A program made the position numbers and the translations under genes. From Bigelowiella natans CCMP2755 (lineage: Eukaryota; Protista; Cercozoa): a stretch of 64,000 nucleotides of DNA. Below the pieces are notes generated by a model. The model was given only the letters and a program-made list of their open reading frames with translations. It did no database searches and was not told the origin of the DNA. How positions within the stretch are numbered: the first letter of the stretch is position 1; the number at the start of each line of letters is the position of its first letter. Below are positions 1-14,757 of this stretch, in pieces. The stretch spans positions 1 through 64,000 of the forward strand of contig ADNK01002607.1 in the NCBI GenBank assembly GCA_000320545.1, written 5' to 3'.

Positions 1-218
1 GTGTGTGTGTGTGTGTGTGTGTGTGTGCGTCACATCGACAGCAGCCTCTCTCCTCGCAAACTTCACAAAACAATTAAGATGTTTAGAGAATATTTGTGGG
101 GAAGAGAGAGCGAGAGAAAGAGAGAGAGAGAGAGAGGAGGAGGAGGAGGTCGGAAGGAGGGGGGGAAGTGGATTAGTCCTTATATCTCTGCTTCAATATG
201 GCTCTTATCGATGAGCAG

Positions 219-415
219 GTGTAGGCCACATTGACTCCGTAGTAGACATGGTATACCAGTACCTTGGGAAGATCAAACGTGGTGGGATTGATAAGAAACA
301 ATGGGAGGAGCTGGTCAACCTGGCTGAAGTGGACTTCCGATTTGCCGAGAAAGGTGTGCTGCTAACTGCCACATGCACACACGTACATGCAACCAATCAC
401 ACACGCACGCACGCC

Positions 416-450
<35 letters not shown>

Positions 451-1617
451 TTCTCTTATCTTTTCCAATGTTGTCCCGTGTGTTTTGCACTGCTGCCTCG
501 CAGGTGATCCCAGTCATTTGGCCTCCACAACAGCTTCCAGGCGTCTCGATGATCAGCCCTTGGCGGACCTTCTTTCCCCCCCATCCCGACAGATGTACGA
601 CGATGTATATATTGGACACATGTCATCAAAATGCCATCATGCCTCCTGCGAATAAATAAGATAGAGCACAATCGTCGTTGACTCAAAAGCACAATTGTCC
701 CTGCGGAAACTACTACTACTCGCACATGAACAACACACACCCACCCCTGCCCCCCCCCACACACAGTTATAACATGAAAAATATCGACATCATCATCATC
801 GTCATCATCATCATCATCATCATGATCCGTACTGTTGATAATGCCACGCCTCCTTATTTACCTTTGTGTTACAACGAATATGTTCTCGCCGTCGATCGTT
901 GTTCCCTTTGCTTCCTCGCACGCTGCTACTCGCTTACACACCTGCAATGGCGGATAGATGGAACCCCGCGCTGATCGAGCAGCTCATTGACTCGTTGCGC
1001 GCGGAGAAAATGATGCTATTCGTGCAGTCACAAAAGCCGTTTGGCGAGGGACAAGCCCCGGCACCAGGAGAGAAGGAAACCATAGAAAAGTGGTACGGGA
1101 CGCGGTACCGTAAGAAAGCGCTCTCGGCCGAGCAGCTCAAGCAGTGGAAGACTAGTTTCGAGGGGAAACGAAGAAGCGGTGGTGCATCGTCATCTGAGCT
1201 CGAGCTGCCTCCCTACAACCCGTACATTCCCTCTGACTTCTCACTTGTGGAAGAGCCGCTACCGACTGAAATCCGCCAGAAGAAGCAGAAGGATGAGACC
1301 GGGTGCTGCTCTTGGCTGTGTGATGACGGCCTGACTATCTAGAGGCAGCAGTGTTGTTTTCCATGCAAGATCCTTGCATGTTATTGTTTCCCTGCTCGCA
1401 CTTCGCCGATTCCATTCGCATGGTGTCATATATATACTATTGTGTGGAACTCGCGGTTTTGTTTGCTGATATGAACCCCCCCCCCCCCCCTCTTTTTAGG
1501 TTGTGGTCCTCCCCAGGACCCAATTTGGTAAGAAACGACAGTTCCATCACGCTCTGGCATTCGTCCGATGCTATCAAGGAATTTCCAGTACTACTACACC
1601 ACAATACTAGCACAACA

Positions 1618-1656
<39 letters not shown>

Positions 1657-2215
1657 GATAAGGCATTTGACGAATTTCTGTTTATTGCATATGAGAGTAC
1701 CGATGATCAATGCCCCTCCCATTGACACATCGTTGCAAGAAAAAACCCCTCGGGTTGTTTTCTCGTTTTCAAAACACCCCCCTTTTTTTTCAAAATCCCC
1801 CCCGAACCCCTTTTCCCCCTTTTAAAAAGAATTTTTTTTTTCCCCCCCCCCCCCCCCCCCCCCCTCCCCCCCTTTCCTTGCAGGTACCGAGGGTGCAGAC
1901 CCTCGCGGTGATGAGGACGGACTTGGCGCACGAATCACCCCGCAACCAAGTGTTGACGGAGATGTTCTTGGATCTCACCGGCGACTATCTCATGGAGGCG
2001 CTCTATCTGTCGAGCGTCGCTGGCTATAGCTTCAGTAAAAGCCCGCCTCCCCCTCCCCACGTTGCTACTGCTCATGTTTGTTGTTGTTGTTGCCAGTAGT
2101 GGTGGTCGTAGTCGTAGTTGAAGATGTAGTATTTAGCGGAAAAAGAGAGCTGCGGCCTCTGCTCTTGCTCGCATATATGGGAAATTGAAGGCAGGGAGAG
2201 AGAACAGTCTATACA

Positions 2216-2252
<37 letters not shown>

Positions 2253-3274
2253 GACTTGAGAGAGACACACCAATTAACTCCTTGCCAACACCTTCTCCTC
2301 CATAGGCATGGGAAGCTCGGATTCAGGGTTTACGTGCGCGGTCCAGGGTTATAGCCAGAACATCCAGGACTTCTTGTCGAGTGCTCTTAGCATCGTTGCC
2401 GCCCCCCCCCTCTCACCCACGCGCTTTGAGTCGATCAAAGAAGAAACGCTCCGCGGTTATGAGAACTTCTACCAAGCACAGCCGTATGAGCAGGCTTCAC
2501 ACTACGCGTCGTTAGCAGTAAATCCAGCAGGGTACGACGAATGCAGCAAGAAACTGCTAGAGAATATCATCATCCAGATTAATAGTAACATATTGGGGGG
2601 GGGGGGAGGGGGGGCAAATCACCAACCCAGGAATCTGCTGTGTGTCGGAGGATGTAGTAGATAGTTAAGAGGAATAGTAGTAGTAGCAGTAGTAGTAGTA
2701 GTGGTGGTGGTGGTGGTAGTGGTAGTATAGTTGTACGCAACGATACCCGTCTACTACATATTTGGGTTGTGACACTAGACCATCATCTGACGTGTTGTAA
2801 CGACAACAACAACAACAACAACAACAACACATCAGCTTCTCGATCCCAGAGCTGAAGCAGGCTGTATCGGGCATGTCGCTCAAGGACGTGGAGGAGTTCG
2901 TTCCTGAGCTGCTGCGGTCCAAATGGTCGTTGGAGACCCTCGTCCACGGGAACCTGAAGAGAGATCAGGCGGAGGAGCTGACTAAGCTGTTCCGCGACAA
3001 GCTGCAGGGAGAGGCTGAAAACGCCACGAACTCCACGCCGTTGCAGCAGAAGAAGCAGTTGGATCTTGGTAAGGGATCCTCCTATATCGTTCCAATGAGC
3101 CTCACGAATCCTGAGGAGGTAGTAGTTAAGTAGTATTACGATAGTTATATGGCCACCACTGGTACTCTCCCATACGATTGTTCTCCTCTTGCTTGCATCA
3201 TCACGTTGGGGAATATTCTCCTCCTCTTCCTTCTCCGCCTACCCCTCTGTTTTGTTGTTCTTCTTGATTATCTG

Positions 3275-3319
<45 letters not shown>

Positions 3320-3350
3320 CTCTCTCTTCCTTTCTCTCATTTTTTCTCGA

Positions 3351-3392
<42 letters not shown>

Positions 3393-3973
3393 CCTCCCAA
3401 TAGTTGAATTCCGCAGCAGTGGTCAAACTGCAGCTGGGAACACGATCGGAGCTTTCCGTGAAGGATCTCAGCATTGCGTCGTTGATCAGCTCGATGATAC
3501 AAGAACCTGCATTCGACGACCTGAGAACTAAGCAGCAGCTTGGTGAGGAAAATGAGGAGGAGGAGGAGGAGGAGGAGGAGGAGGAAGAGGAGGAAGAGGA
3601 AGGGGGGGGGGATGGGGGACCGGGGATATGCAGAGTGACAGCGATAATGACGATGATGACGACGAGGAATGATTATAACGATGATGGATGATGATTATTT
3701 GAACCTTTGCATCAATGTCGTGGGTTCGGCGACCACGTATGCCTTGTTTCGTCGTTTCACACGTCATTATGACGCTACAACAATGCTTTCCCGCTCGTAG
3801 GCTATATCGTGAGTGCAGGGATGGGGATCACGCGCAATGCCTTCTCTCTTTCAGTCTTGGTAGTAGAGCTAGCAGCAGTAGTTGTAGTGGTGGTGAGAAG
3901 GTGAGGAAGGTATTCAAAGCCTGAATACAACCAACCGCAAAATCGATAAATATAAGAGGAGGTCATTTGCTGC

Positions 3974-4018
<45 letters not shown>

Positions 4019-4235
4019 AAGCACAACAGCACGCCCATACGTACTATGAACAGGTTCAGGGCGCCCAGCACTCGGCCGAATACTACGACTCCCAGATCGA
4101 GGCGTTTTTGCACAATTTCGGCGATCAAATCGCTAAGATGCCTGAGAAGGAGCTCGATTCCTTCAAGGCATCGCTCGAGAGCGCTCTCCTTAGAAAGGAT
4201 TTAACCCTCATGGATCGGTACTAAACTGTAGTAGC

Positions 4236-4268
<33 letters not shown>

Positions 4269-4916
4269 ACTTTACAAGCCATACAGCGTGTGGGTGAGTG
4301 AGTGATTGTAACGTCGACGATAGCGTTTGTTCTAGCCACCATGATTTGATGCCCAGTAGAGTGCATTGCTTTCTCAGTTGTGCTGCTGCTACTGCTGCTG
4401 CTACTACTACGGCTGTGTGATGCACTAATGTGCAAATGATGAATTGATATGAATGTGAATAACTCTAACCCTCCCTCTCTCCCTCCCCCTCACCCCATGC
4501 AGCGGTGTCCGATACTGGGATCCCATCGGGAAGCAGCTCTATAACTTCTCCTGGAACATCGATCGGGTCAAGGCATTGCGAACGGTGACGAGGAAAGATC
4601 TAATGAAATTTTACAAGGAACGCGTGTTAGATCCGACGACAAGGCGTCGGTTGTGCGTGCGCATGGAGTCGCAAGAAGAAGCGAAGCGGGGTGTCTCTTT
4701 GGTATCAACCTCACCATCATAATTATCAGCATCGTCCATTGTAACACCGCCACCACCACCTTCCTGTGTGTGTTCTCTCGATTCTAAGAAATCTCGCTCA
4801 GTATTCAATTGACAATTATTCTCTGCTGATTCGCTCAGGTAAATCCCGCCGTGGAAGGAGAAATCGTGAAGGACCTTAACGCTTTCCGATCGCAGCTCCG
4901 GGAGTTCAGCGCATGA
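219..4916 (+). CDS. Insulin-degrading enzyme / pitrilysin-like M16A metallopeptidase, 3' part (about 12 exons; 5' end lies upstream of the window)
   Basis: Spliced exons read VDMVYQYLGKIK..WEELVNLAEVDFRFAEK, WNPALIEQLIDSLRAEKM, EKWYGTRY, LELPPYNPYIPSDF, RFESIKE..YENFYQAQPYEQA, ETLVHGNL, IQEPAFDDLRTKQQLGYIV, RYWDPI, ending FRSQLREFSA-TGA at 4914-4916. These match the IDE/Ste23 middle and C-terminal domains. The catalytic HxxEH motif is not in the window. Confidence 0.88.
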
Positions 4917-5587
4917 TACCTTTGTTAGACATATGCCAGCGCTGCTATGTGTGCCTCTATGCAAGCCAACGTGCATCACATAACATGCTTGCAACGTTTT
5001 TTGTCAGACAAGCATAATATGCCAAGGAGTGATCGATGTATGCATGACGCATGCAAGCGATCGATTGTGTGCGATGTGCGACTATAATTACATGCTAGCA
5101 TGTGCTATTTGCATAGCTATACAGTTTGTAGCTATCGCTGTATAGAGTTACGAACAGTCAAGCAAAACGGCCGCGCTAGCGCGGCTAGTTGCATTGGCCC
5201 GAGTTCGTAGAAACATGCGCGCATGCATGATGATCACTATTTAGCCATGCTGTCTAGCTGTGTGACACACGGCCTCACACAGCCAACCAACTAGAACAAT
5301 TACGACATGCTAGCATGGACGCTAAATGATGCAAATCGAACCATCGCCGGCAGTCAATATATATAGCAATGCACAAACGGCTGAAATTCTTTTTAGCATG
5401 CTGGTTTGGATGTCTATGCAGCCATGTGTGTATGTGCCCTTGCTTGCAAATTCATGCACGTGCCCATAACAGAGCGCTTTCTCTATGCCAGGTTGTGCGT
5501 ATGATTTGGTAATAACCATATGCTAAATCGAGCAATGTAAGTGATCATAAATGAGAGCCATGTCATACTCAGCACTACTCCACTACA

Positions 5588-5896
5588 TCAATTACTGCCA
5601 GCTACTTTTCGTTGATATTTGATCTCTGCCTGCTCACTGGCCAGTTTCATCTTGATCTGAAATTAAGGTGGAAAAGCCGATATACCGCAATTAAAATCAA
5701 GCCCATTTTCGCTTATAGGACGCTCTTTTGATAAGGACGTTTATGGAAGACATGCATACCTCGTCCATCTTGTCCCGAATGTTCTGGATGCGTCTAACAT
5801 TTCATCACAAGATCATCACAAGAGGTGTGAGGGAATGAGTGAATGCGTGGAAGGGGCTTTCGCTGCCACCCATTGTGTGTGTGTGTGTGTGAATGT

Positions 5897-5936
<40 letters not shown>

Positions 5937-6134
5937 GGAAGAATATGTTCCATCGATAGCTGGCTCACTAGAGTATTCTCGATAATACACAGATATCTCT
6001 GAAACATTATTTTTTTAAAAAAAGAAAGAATGATAGTCTTTGGAATGCGACACGAAGGACGAAATCAAATCCACCGCTGTTCTGCTACTATTTATTGATG
6101 AGATTCGTTCAATATTTTGGGGGTTGGGGGATTG

Positions 6135-6184
<50 letters not shown>

Positions 6185-6262
6185 CACCCTTCCGCGGCCT
6201 TCAGCCTATTGAACTGCGCAGATATCAGCGCAGCTGGAGTTCCCAGGTAGCACAACAAAGAA

Positions 6263-6304
<42 letters not shown>

Positions 6305-6439
6305 GGTGGTGTGAATAAATGGAGAATACACGATGAGTAAAACCTTAACCTACTCATTATAATCATCTCCCCCCACTCCTTCCGCATTTGATTCACGCAC
6401 AGATAGAGCACAGCAGTGAGGAAAAAGAGGGGGGGGGGG

Positions 6440-6476
<37 letters not shown>

Positions 6477-7213
6477 TTTCCAAGATACTCCTACTACCTT
6501 CCTGGCGCGACAAGCCTCCGTGCGCCAGATGGGTGATCGCCATTCTGTCATAGCAATGTAGCAATTGATCACATGAGAGGAATATATTGGAAAAACTGTG
6601 AAGAAGAAGAAGGAGAAGATGTAACAGTAGTAGTAGTAGTAGAATCTCATTAGAATTGTCATTCCCCATCATCGTTAAACAGAGCTTCATTGTGCGTCTA
6701 ATTTCCTACTTCATTTCTTCTCTCCCCCCCCCCCCCCCCATCCACTTGAAACAATGGCACCTACCGAGCATCCGTTACTTGCCGCTCCAAACCACGTGTC
6801 TTCGTGATGAGAAAGAAGAGAGGTGAGAAGATTTTTAGAACACCAAAATCGGTATGGCACGAGCATTTGACATCGATGAAGCAATTGAACAAAAACAGGC
6901 TGCTGCTCTCACCTCTTGCCTCAGTAGTCGGCATTCAGATCCATATCTATTTAAGAAACAAGTGAGTACGTACTCGCATTTGAGGAGTGGGGCACACATA
7001 ATGCTGCTGCTGCTGGGCCATATGCACGAGCAGCAAGGCCTGTTATTTTTGCACCATGCATTTTCGAGTGCTGTATTTTTCGCGTGTTCGCTGTGCCCCC
7101 CCCTCGTTACTAGCCGTTCCTAGCTAATTTGCACATCTATAATCAATACCCCTCTCTATCCAGACGGGCTTTTCTTTCCGCATATAGCCGTTTCGACTGA
7201 GGCAGAATATAAA

Positions 7214-7255
<42 letters not shown>

Positions 7256-7426
7256 TGATGCAAAACATTATTAAGAATGCATACACGCATGCAAATACTC
7301 ACACTTCCACTACGGATACACAAGTGTTAGTGTCATTAAATGAATAATGCTTTTGTAAATGTCATCGTACCTTTTCTTTCTTCAACAGTCCCTCGAGATG
7401 CTCTACCCTCGCCCTCCAGAGTCTAT

Positions 7427-7464
<38 letters not shown>

Positions 7465-10400
7465 TATGTTCCACTCCGAAGAAAAGGGGCAAGACAGACG
7501 CCTTTCCTGTGTTACAATCATTGTGTGCGACTCTATGTCTATCCGTATCATCTATTCACGTGCTGCTCTTGCTCATTCCGTATTATTATTACTTTTGGGC
7601 GGCTTCATATTGGTCTCGTAAGATCAGAATCTCGTCCTACAGTGGTGATGGTGATGATGATGGTGATGATGATGGTGATGGTGATGATGATGGTGATGGT
7701 GATGATGATAATGATGATATCGATATTGAATATAATATCATGCATCCCCCTTCTTAACTACGGGAAGGTAGTCGTACATGAGCAGCTGTGAGGTCCTCGA
7801 AGACTTTCTCTTGACCCTACATCAATTATTAAATCGTGTGTGCGTGTAGTGCCGCTGCTCAGTGTTGCAGCCAGATAGTAATATACATAGCAGTACAAAA
7901 ACCCTGCTGCTGCTGCTGCTGCTGCAGATGACAAAATCATGGAGAGAAGAGGGAGGGGGGGAAGGAGAGAGAGTAGTGGATGAACAAAACTATACCTTCT
8001 TCTTCTCCTCCTCTATGTGTTCTCGATGGCGTCTCTTTGTCTGCTCGTGCCTTTCCTGATAGATAATACCCCTGATGAGGCTGTCGCGCGTTGCATTGCG
8101 TTATTGCTTACTTGGATCTTTTTGCTTTGCTTAGTGACTCGCTTCATTGCCTGCCTCATCGTAGCCTTCTCCTCTCTATTACATCGGAGGAGAGTAAGGT
8201 GGTGATATGAGGGGTGGTTGAGAGGGGAGGGAGGCAAAAGGATAACTGTTTCTATCTATTTCATTATTTGGACAACATGAAAGGGTATTACAATCTCAAG
8301 CATATTTTGTGCATCATTACAATCTCAAGCATATCTTGTGCATCACACGCAAGGTGGGTGGTGGAAACACTACTAATACTACTAGTACTACCGCAAGACT
8401 CTTCGTTCGGTTCCCACTTCGTGCCTGGGATGAGCGAGGAGTGTCCGCGAGTGAGCAAGATGATAATGATGATGATGTTGATGATGATGATGATGATGAC
8501 ACTAATGATGGAGAATTTGACCGGAATATCAGTCAGCAGCGCAGGGCAACTATCATCTGTGCTTTTGCCGAGCATTCGTCGATTTCAATACCGTAATTTA
8601 AGTAGATCTTTGATAGTGCTGCGGTACAGTCGTTCCATCTCCTTTGTCTTTGCGTCTGCCTTCAGAACCTCCTCTAAAGTATATTAGTTGCATTATATTC
8701 GGACTTAAATCAATATTATTGTTTGCAGTGAACGTAGTACTAGTACTTAAGCGTTGATCATAAAGGAGCAGTATCATCATCTTAAATAGAAGGGTTATTC
8801 GTTGCGGATGTGCGACTCTTCCAGCACACAATCGAAAGACAACAGAGGAATCCCCTCTACCCGCAAATCTGTCCAATCCGGAGTATTATCACTATTATCA
8901 GCATTGTCGTCAATCATTCTCGCATCATCATCATCATCATCATCATTATCCGCTGCAGAAGCTTACCCTCCTTGCGCCGAATCTCCATGTCGCACTGCTC
9001 GCGCTCGAGCTCTCTGTCGAGACGAGAGGAAACACAGGAGTAAAGAAAATAGTTGAGGGGGGCAGGGTGGGAATCTAATGCCAATCACCACGTACAAAGA
9101 GAGCAAAACTCTTTTTATATCCAACCTTTGCTCTGCCTCTGCAGCCCTTCTCTCTGACTCAAATTTCTCTCTTTCTCGTAGCTCTGCTTCCAGCGACTCG
9201 ATAGTAGCCTCCAAAGACCTGTTTCAGTCCCAACCATAATGAAGAGTAAGCATATTTTTGTTACGATGCCTCTCATCTATCATCATGTGTTTCTAAGAAC
9301 CTTGTTTTATCGTTAGGAAAGACAACTGTGCGAAGCACTGGGGGATCTCTGGGCATCGGTCCGAACCCCGGAGGGGGTCTGGATCCTATGTTATCAGCAT
9401 TTCACTTAATGTTGTTCATAATTAAAATGGCGAGAACTAAGCGAAACACTAAGGACACCAAGAAGAAAAACCGACCGCGTGAGCTTATTGTTTCTTTCTT
9501 CTCTGGAGGTCTTCCTTGAAATAGGCGCGCCATCCTCTTCGGCACTCTATCGCGGAAGAATGTCACCTTGAGCAAGAGGGAGGGGGGGGAGAACAAGATG
9601 CATATTGGGGGGAAGGCTATTTCAGACCAATCGAAATAGATGTGGCTCATGTGCATTCAATGAAAAATATTCGAAGGTTGTTGCGATGTGTGGACTTACT
9701 TCCTGCTGCACAGGTTTGGTCAGAGCGAGGAGATGCTGAATTCGTTTCCTATCCTCATCCTCCTGTTTGAAGGGGTAGGGAACGGGGAGAAGTTATGGAC
9801 ATTGTCATCGTTGATTGCATTTTCGAGAGTTAGCATGTTCTATCCGATAAGATAAGAGTGCATACCTGAATGCGTAACCTATCATTTTCGCGTGACAACT
9901 TCAGCACCTATTTGTGACATATTTCAGAGACCTTCTACGCCATCAAAACAGGCTCAAAGAGAGAGGGGGCGACACAGAGAGAGAGAGAGAATTATCACTC
10001 TTTACCATATCGCGCTCGTCGTAAAGATAATGCTGAGCATCTGAAATAGCTCTTTGCAAATCGCGAACCTTTTGATCGAGGCAAACAGAGAGAAGAAAAC
10101 TGTACATGAGTGCGTTCTTGGTCTGCGATTCCAGCTATTTTTATCGCACATGTCCATGAAACAAAAGACCCTTGTGTGGATGGAGTGAACGAGTAGTACC
10201 TCATCATTGCGGTTTAGGAGCTCTTCCTTTAGCTTTTGGATTCGTTCTTGATTTGTGGTAGGAAGACTAAACCGTTCGTTTGCTTCCTGCCATTGATTAA
10301 TTGGAGAAAGTTGTGATTCGGGCTCCTTGATCGTCAAAATTAAACGATATCAAGTCACAAAAACCTGTCTTTCAGCTTCAAGCTGCTCAATTCTTCGTTT

Positions 10401-10505
10401 ATAGTAGCTAATAAGGTCTTTGTGAGCTCGTGGCATGGACTCTGTAGCGATTCGCTCCTCCTCCTCGAGCAGTCGAGCAACTTCCTCCTCTAGTTTGTCC
10501 TCCAT
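5588..10505 (-). CDS. CCDC77: Coiled-coil domain-containing protein 77-like (centriolar), multi-exon
   Basis: Spliced reading LISYYKRRIEQLEAE..VRDLQRAISDAQHYLYDERDMVLKLSRENDRLRIQEDEDRKRIQHLLALTKPVQQEVTFFRD parallels the CCDC77 signature ([51 protein letters not shown]..EVTYF). The 3' exons and the stop at 5588-5590 are less certain. Confidence 0.8.
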
Positions 10506-10963
10506 CGCCGAAGATATTTTTCCTTCAATGTTTCCCGAAACAAAGGGTTAGTTTGAATCACATATCCTATTGCAGTCATCGTGGCTTAGGGGGTGCAGGA
10601 TGCGCGTATTGGGGGGGGGGCTATTTAAGATTCGTACCCGACCGGGTGGAGAAAGGCGACGGTTAACTAAAAGACAAAGGTGGTGATAGAGCTTGGCGCA
10701 AAATATCCGAAAAAATATTTTCCTTTCAAGAAAACCACCAGATCCCATAATCTACAAACGACGTCAAATTCGTCATGTCGCAGTGAGAAGACAGCCCAGT
10801 ATCTCGAGTCGTAGAACACGTAATCATGTTTGAACATTAAGTACACTTAGTGCACAACGGATAAATGAGTGGCGACCGTAGACTCAAGCTATTTCACATG
10901 AGCGACAAGGGTGGATCCTTGCCGTAGTAATTTCGATACCGGCAACCCGAACGGCTTCGTGCT

Positions 10964-11912
10964 ATGCTTCCCCGAGTGAGGTCCCCGAGGCCTCCACGGC
11001 CGCCACGGCCGAGGGAGGAGTCTGGGGGCCTAATAATGCTGGCCTTCGTTGCATCGCTTTTGGTGATGGTTGTTAGCGCAAGGCAAATGTGGAAGGTGGA
11101 ATCAGGGTTTGCTGTGAAGCGAATGATAACGCCGCGCCAGGATCCAGAGGAATTAGAGCCTGCATCGAAGCGCGGGAAGGTTGATCTGCCCGGGGCTAAT
11201 GTTTTTGCCAAAATGATGCGTCTTGGAGGTGGAACGGATATGGGTATGGGTGAGCTCAATTTTGTCGACGGAAGGATATCGGAATGCAAGAGAAAGGTCT
11301 GTACAACTGCACAGAATGACCCTACCCTTCGCCTGCAGTCTTTATTGTGTTTGCATCAAAATATCGAAACCGTTAGCTACGCCCATGAATAAATTATCCT
11401 AATCTAAATGTAATGATTCATTGCTATCATCAGATTCTCGATCTAAGGTCGCAGCTGTACCAATACTTGGAAGTAAGACTGGAGCTAGCTCCACACAACC
11501 AAATACGCGCACATATGACTCGTCTCGGCTATAACTTAAACTGTATATTACCGTCCAACCTTGTTCGTTTTTTCATGACCAAATTGTAACCGAACATATT
11601 GCTTCGAATTTTGTTTTGTCGCAACAGGAACTTGCACGACTGCAGACTCGGCGACGAGAGATCCTTTCGTACTCACCATCACCTGGAGGAGGAGGAGGAG
11701 GAGGAGGATTTCCATCTCCAGGAATTTCACAGCAACACACCCCCTTGCCTCCATTCGTGGGGGGGATGAGGGCACCAATGAGGGGTCTCCATGAGGACGA
11801 AGATGATCGCAGTGTAGTGCTCGAGTCTCGGGTTGCAAAGCAGAGAGCTGCTCCAAAACGTAATCAAACTTATGCAGCAGAAGCACATGCATTTGTCGCA
11901 CACACAAGATAA
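10964..11912 (+). CDS. Hypothetical small protein, 3 exons, short coiled coil plus Gly/Pro-rich tail
   Basis: ORF 10964-, donor after ECKRK, exon ILDLRSQLYQYLE (about 11434-11472), exon ELARLQTRRRE..AHTR-TAA at 11912. Start codon uncertain (10964 or 11123). Confidence 0.5.
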
Positions 11913-12047
11913 TGGCATAATGGCATCGACTTGCGTATACTTGCCAACGAGAAAGCCTCTAAGTGAAGATGCAAAACCATTGGAGTTTTCGGAGGAACCG
12001 TTTTGTTTCCGTTTCTTTTTCTGCTCTCTTCTCTCTCTTTGCCGCCT

Positions 12048-12185
12048 CGCAGAACCCTTTCACTGCTCGGGCTTCATTCCCATTGCCCGTGTCAGCTAGA
12101 AACCCTGCGTAGATCGTGAATTGAAGGTCAAAAGCCGTGTGGGTGGTCCTTACCTGCTCATTCGGAAGATAGCCTTCATACATTA
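12048..12185 (+). ncRNA. Box H/ACA snoRNA-like RNA, copy 1
   Basis: Hairpin 1 CGCAG..CGGGC/GCCCG..CTGCG, hinge AGATCG, hairpin 2 TGAAGG..CCG/CGG..CCTTCA, then ACA plus 3 nt. Pocket-to-box spacings are 15 and 14 nt. Duplicated at 27179. Confidence 0.7.
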
Positions 12186-12455
12186 AAATACTGAAGCCGA
12201 TTCGACTTCGGCGCCGGCTTTCCTTCTTCTTATTATTATTATTACTATCAAATGATTTATCATGCATTATGCGATAAGCAAGTTTCATCGATCAATCGAT
12301 CATTCAAACAACCAATCAATCAGCGCGACCAGTAGAGGGCTTTGGAAACGTGTCTTCTCTCTACTTTGTAAACGATACGGATATGATGATGGGAGGTATA
12401 GAGTCACCGGGGCCATACTCCGAATCTAGAGGTCAATATTATGTGTTTGCGTGTA

Positions 12456-12486
<31 letters not shown>

Positions 12487-12958
12487 ATATATTATTGTAA
12501 GGATGTGTCTATAGAGGGGGGTGGAGGAAGACTATTCTCAAAATAAATAACTTACATTTGATAGGCGCATCCCCCTCTTTAAGAGCTAGATCGCCCTCTC
12601 CCAATCCAAGGTCACGCACTTTCCACGTATCATGCCTGCATCTCTTCTCACCCATCCTGTGTTCTTGAACCAACGATTGTTGCTATCCCTATGCTGTTAT
12701 CTCTTGTCTCGTGGCCAATATTAGGCTTCCTCGAAATCGCACCAAGGGAGAGATGTCTGAGTTTGCAAAGTAAGTCATGTAAGTTGACCTTGTGCGCCAC
12801 CAGTCGTTACGGTTGTGTACATCATCAATCAACAAGGGTTAAGGCAAAAAGATAGCGGTAGCTTCATTTTTGGGGTAATTTCACTTTGGCCGAGAGCGCA
12901 AGTGAAGTGGAACAGTAATACTCGAAGAAGACTCTAAAAACAAGCGCCCACGCGCGCG

Positions 12959-13012
<54 letters not shown>

Positions 13013-13017
13013 CACAG

Positions 13018-13379
13018 GCTGGTGCTCTCCTCCAACCTGCATAACTTATCACGACCATCGCCTTCTCCGGGCCTTGGACAGTACCCAGATGGAGATGCTG
13101 CCACAGCACTTGGGAATGGCACTCAGAGCATCCTCCTCAACGGAACTCAAGCTTCGTCTTCTAACGATACCCTAGAAGACAAGGAGCAAGCGTTCCCAGG
13201 ACTGCGCATGCTTGATGACTTGTTTCAGGTGATAATTATCATAACGACCTGAAGATCAGGCCGTGATGCCGAACGATCGGTGATGGCGGCGCTCCGACTG
13301 AGCTCGTCTGTTGGCTCGAAATATTTGGTGGGGTGGAAGGTGTTCCCTCGTGGTCGGTGAGACGAGAAATTAGAGCTTC

Positions 13380-13431
<52 letters not shown>

Positions 13432-13791
13432 TTTCCTCTATAAACTATCTACCACTACTAGGGATACATGGATTGGGACATGCCTCGCCTGGAAGAGACA
13501 GCTGCACGAGCTGCGACGCCTGCACCCGGTACTGCTGGTAGTAGTGGTGTTAAGCGGTTTTGCTTCTGTTCTTGTAATGGAGGTGGTGGTGCTGGCATGG
13601 CATCAATCCCACTGATATCTGGATCCAGTGTTGTAGACATGCCACGATATGATCATTGTTGTGTTATTATTACGAAATTCAATAAAATCGTCGTCTGTCA
13701 GAGGCGGAGGGGCGGAACAAGACAACAAGGTACTGTGTGCCTCATCTAGTCAATCCATGGTTTTAATCACGCCTTTGTAAACACATACACA

Positions 13792-13850
<59 letters not shown>

Positions 13851-14308
13851 TTGCATGTGTGAGTAAATTGTTTGCCACATCTGCTAGGGTGGGGCGGCCA
13901 AAGAAAGAATCTCTAGGGAAGATCTCACTTGCATCGCTGTATGCTCTACGAGGTGTGTGCGGCACACCATCGCATTATCATCATCATCATCGAACAGGAA
14001 GAAGAATCTGATTCGTGATACGCTAACATGATGACAACGTGAAGAAATAAAGAGCATTTGTTTAGTATACAGGCTATATGGATCTTCTTCTTCTTCTTCT
14101 TCCCCCATGCATCATGTGTGTGTGTGTGTGTGTGTGTGTGTATAGGGCGTCTTGAAGGCGATGTGATAACACTTGACGATCCAACCGACGGTAGGTATTC
14201 GGGCTTCTGAAAGCCGTGATCGTTTTCTTTATCTTTATCATCGCGGAATATATACCTTAGGTGTTATGGCAGAAGAGGCTACAGTAGAGTCTGTCAAGCC
14301 ATGGTTGT

Positions 14309-14353
<45 letters not shown>

Positions 14354-14611
14354 AATCATCATTATCAATCGTCGTTATATGGCCATGCACGCCCTCATTA
14401 AAAAACACACGATGTGATGCTACCTTCCAAACATCCCCCTCCTTCTCCTACTCCTCATGACTCCCCCCTGTTACTGCACTTGACTCGTTCTTTGATTTCC
14501 ATCAATCAAAGGTCGGATCTTGGTCGTTTAAGGAATATCGTGGAGAGGGAGGGTCCAACGGGCGCAGCGGTAAATACTTCTTCGAGTAGCAGTGGAGCAA
14601 CATTTCGCATC

Positions 14612-14645
<34 letters not shown>

Positions 14646-14722
14646 GGTGGTGGTGATAGTAGTAGTAGTAGTAGAGTTGTGTAGCATCGCGTATTATTGT
14701 GTATTTTGTTTATCTGAGTTAT

Positions 14723-14757
<35 letters not shown>

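Noticed and set aside
12048-12185. Duplicated element read on the minus strand as a hammerhead ribozyme or SECIS
   Set aside because: No CUGANGA/GAAA core in the correct geometry and no selenoprotein ORF nearby. The plus-strand H/ACA fold explains both boundaries.
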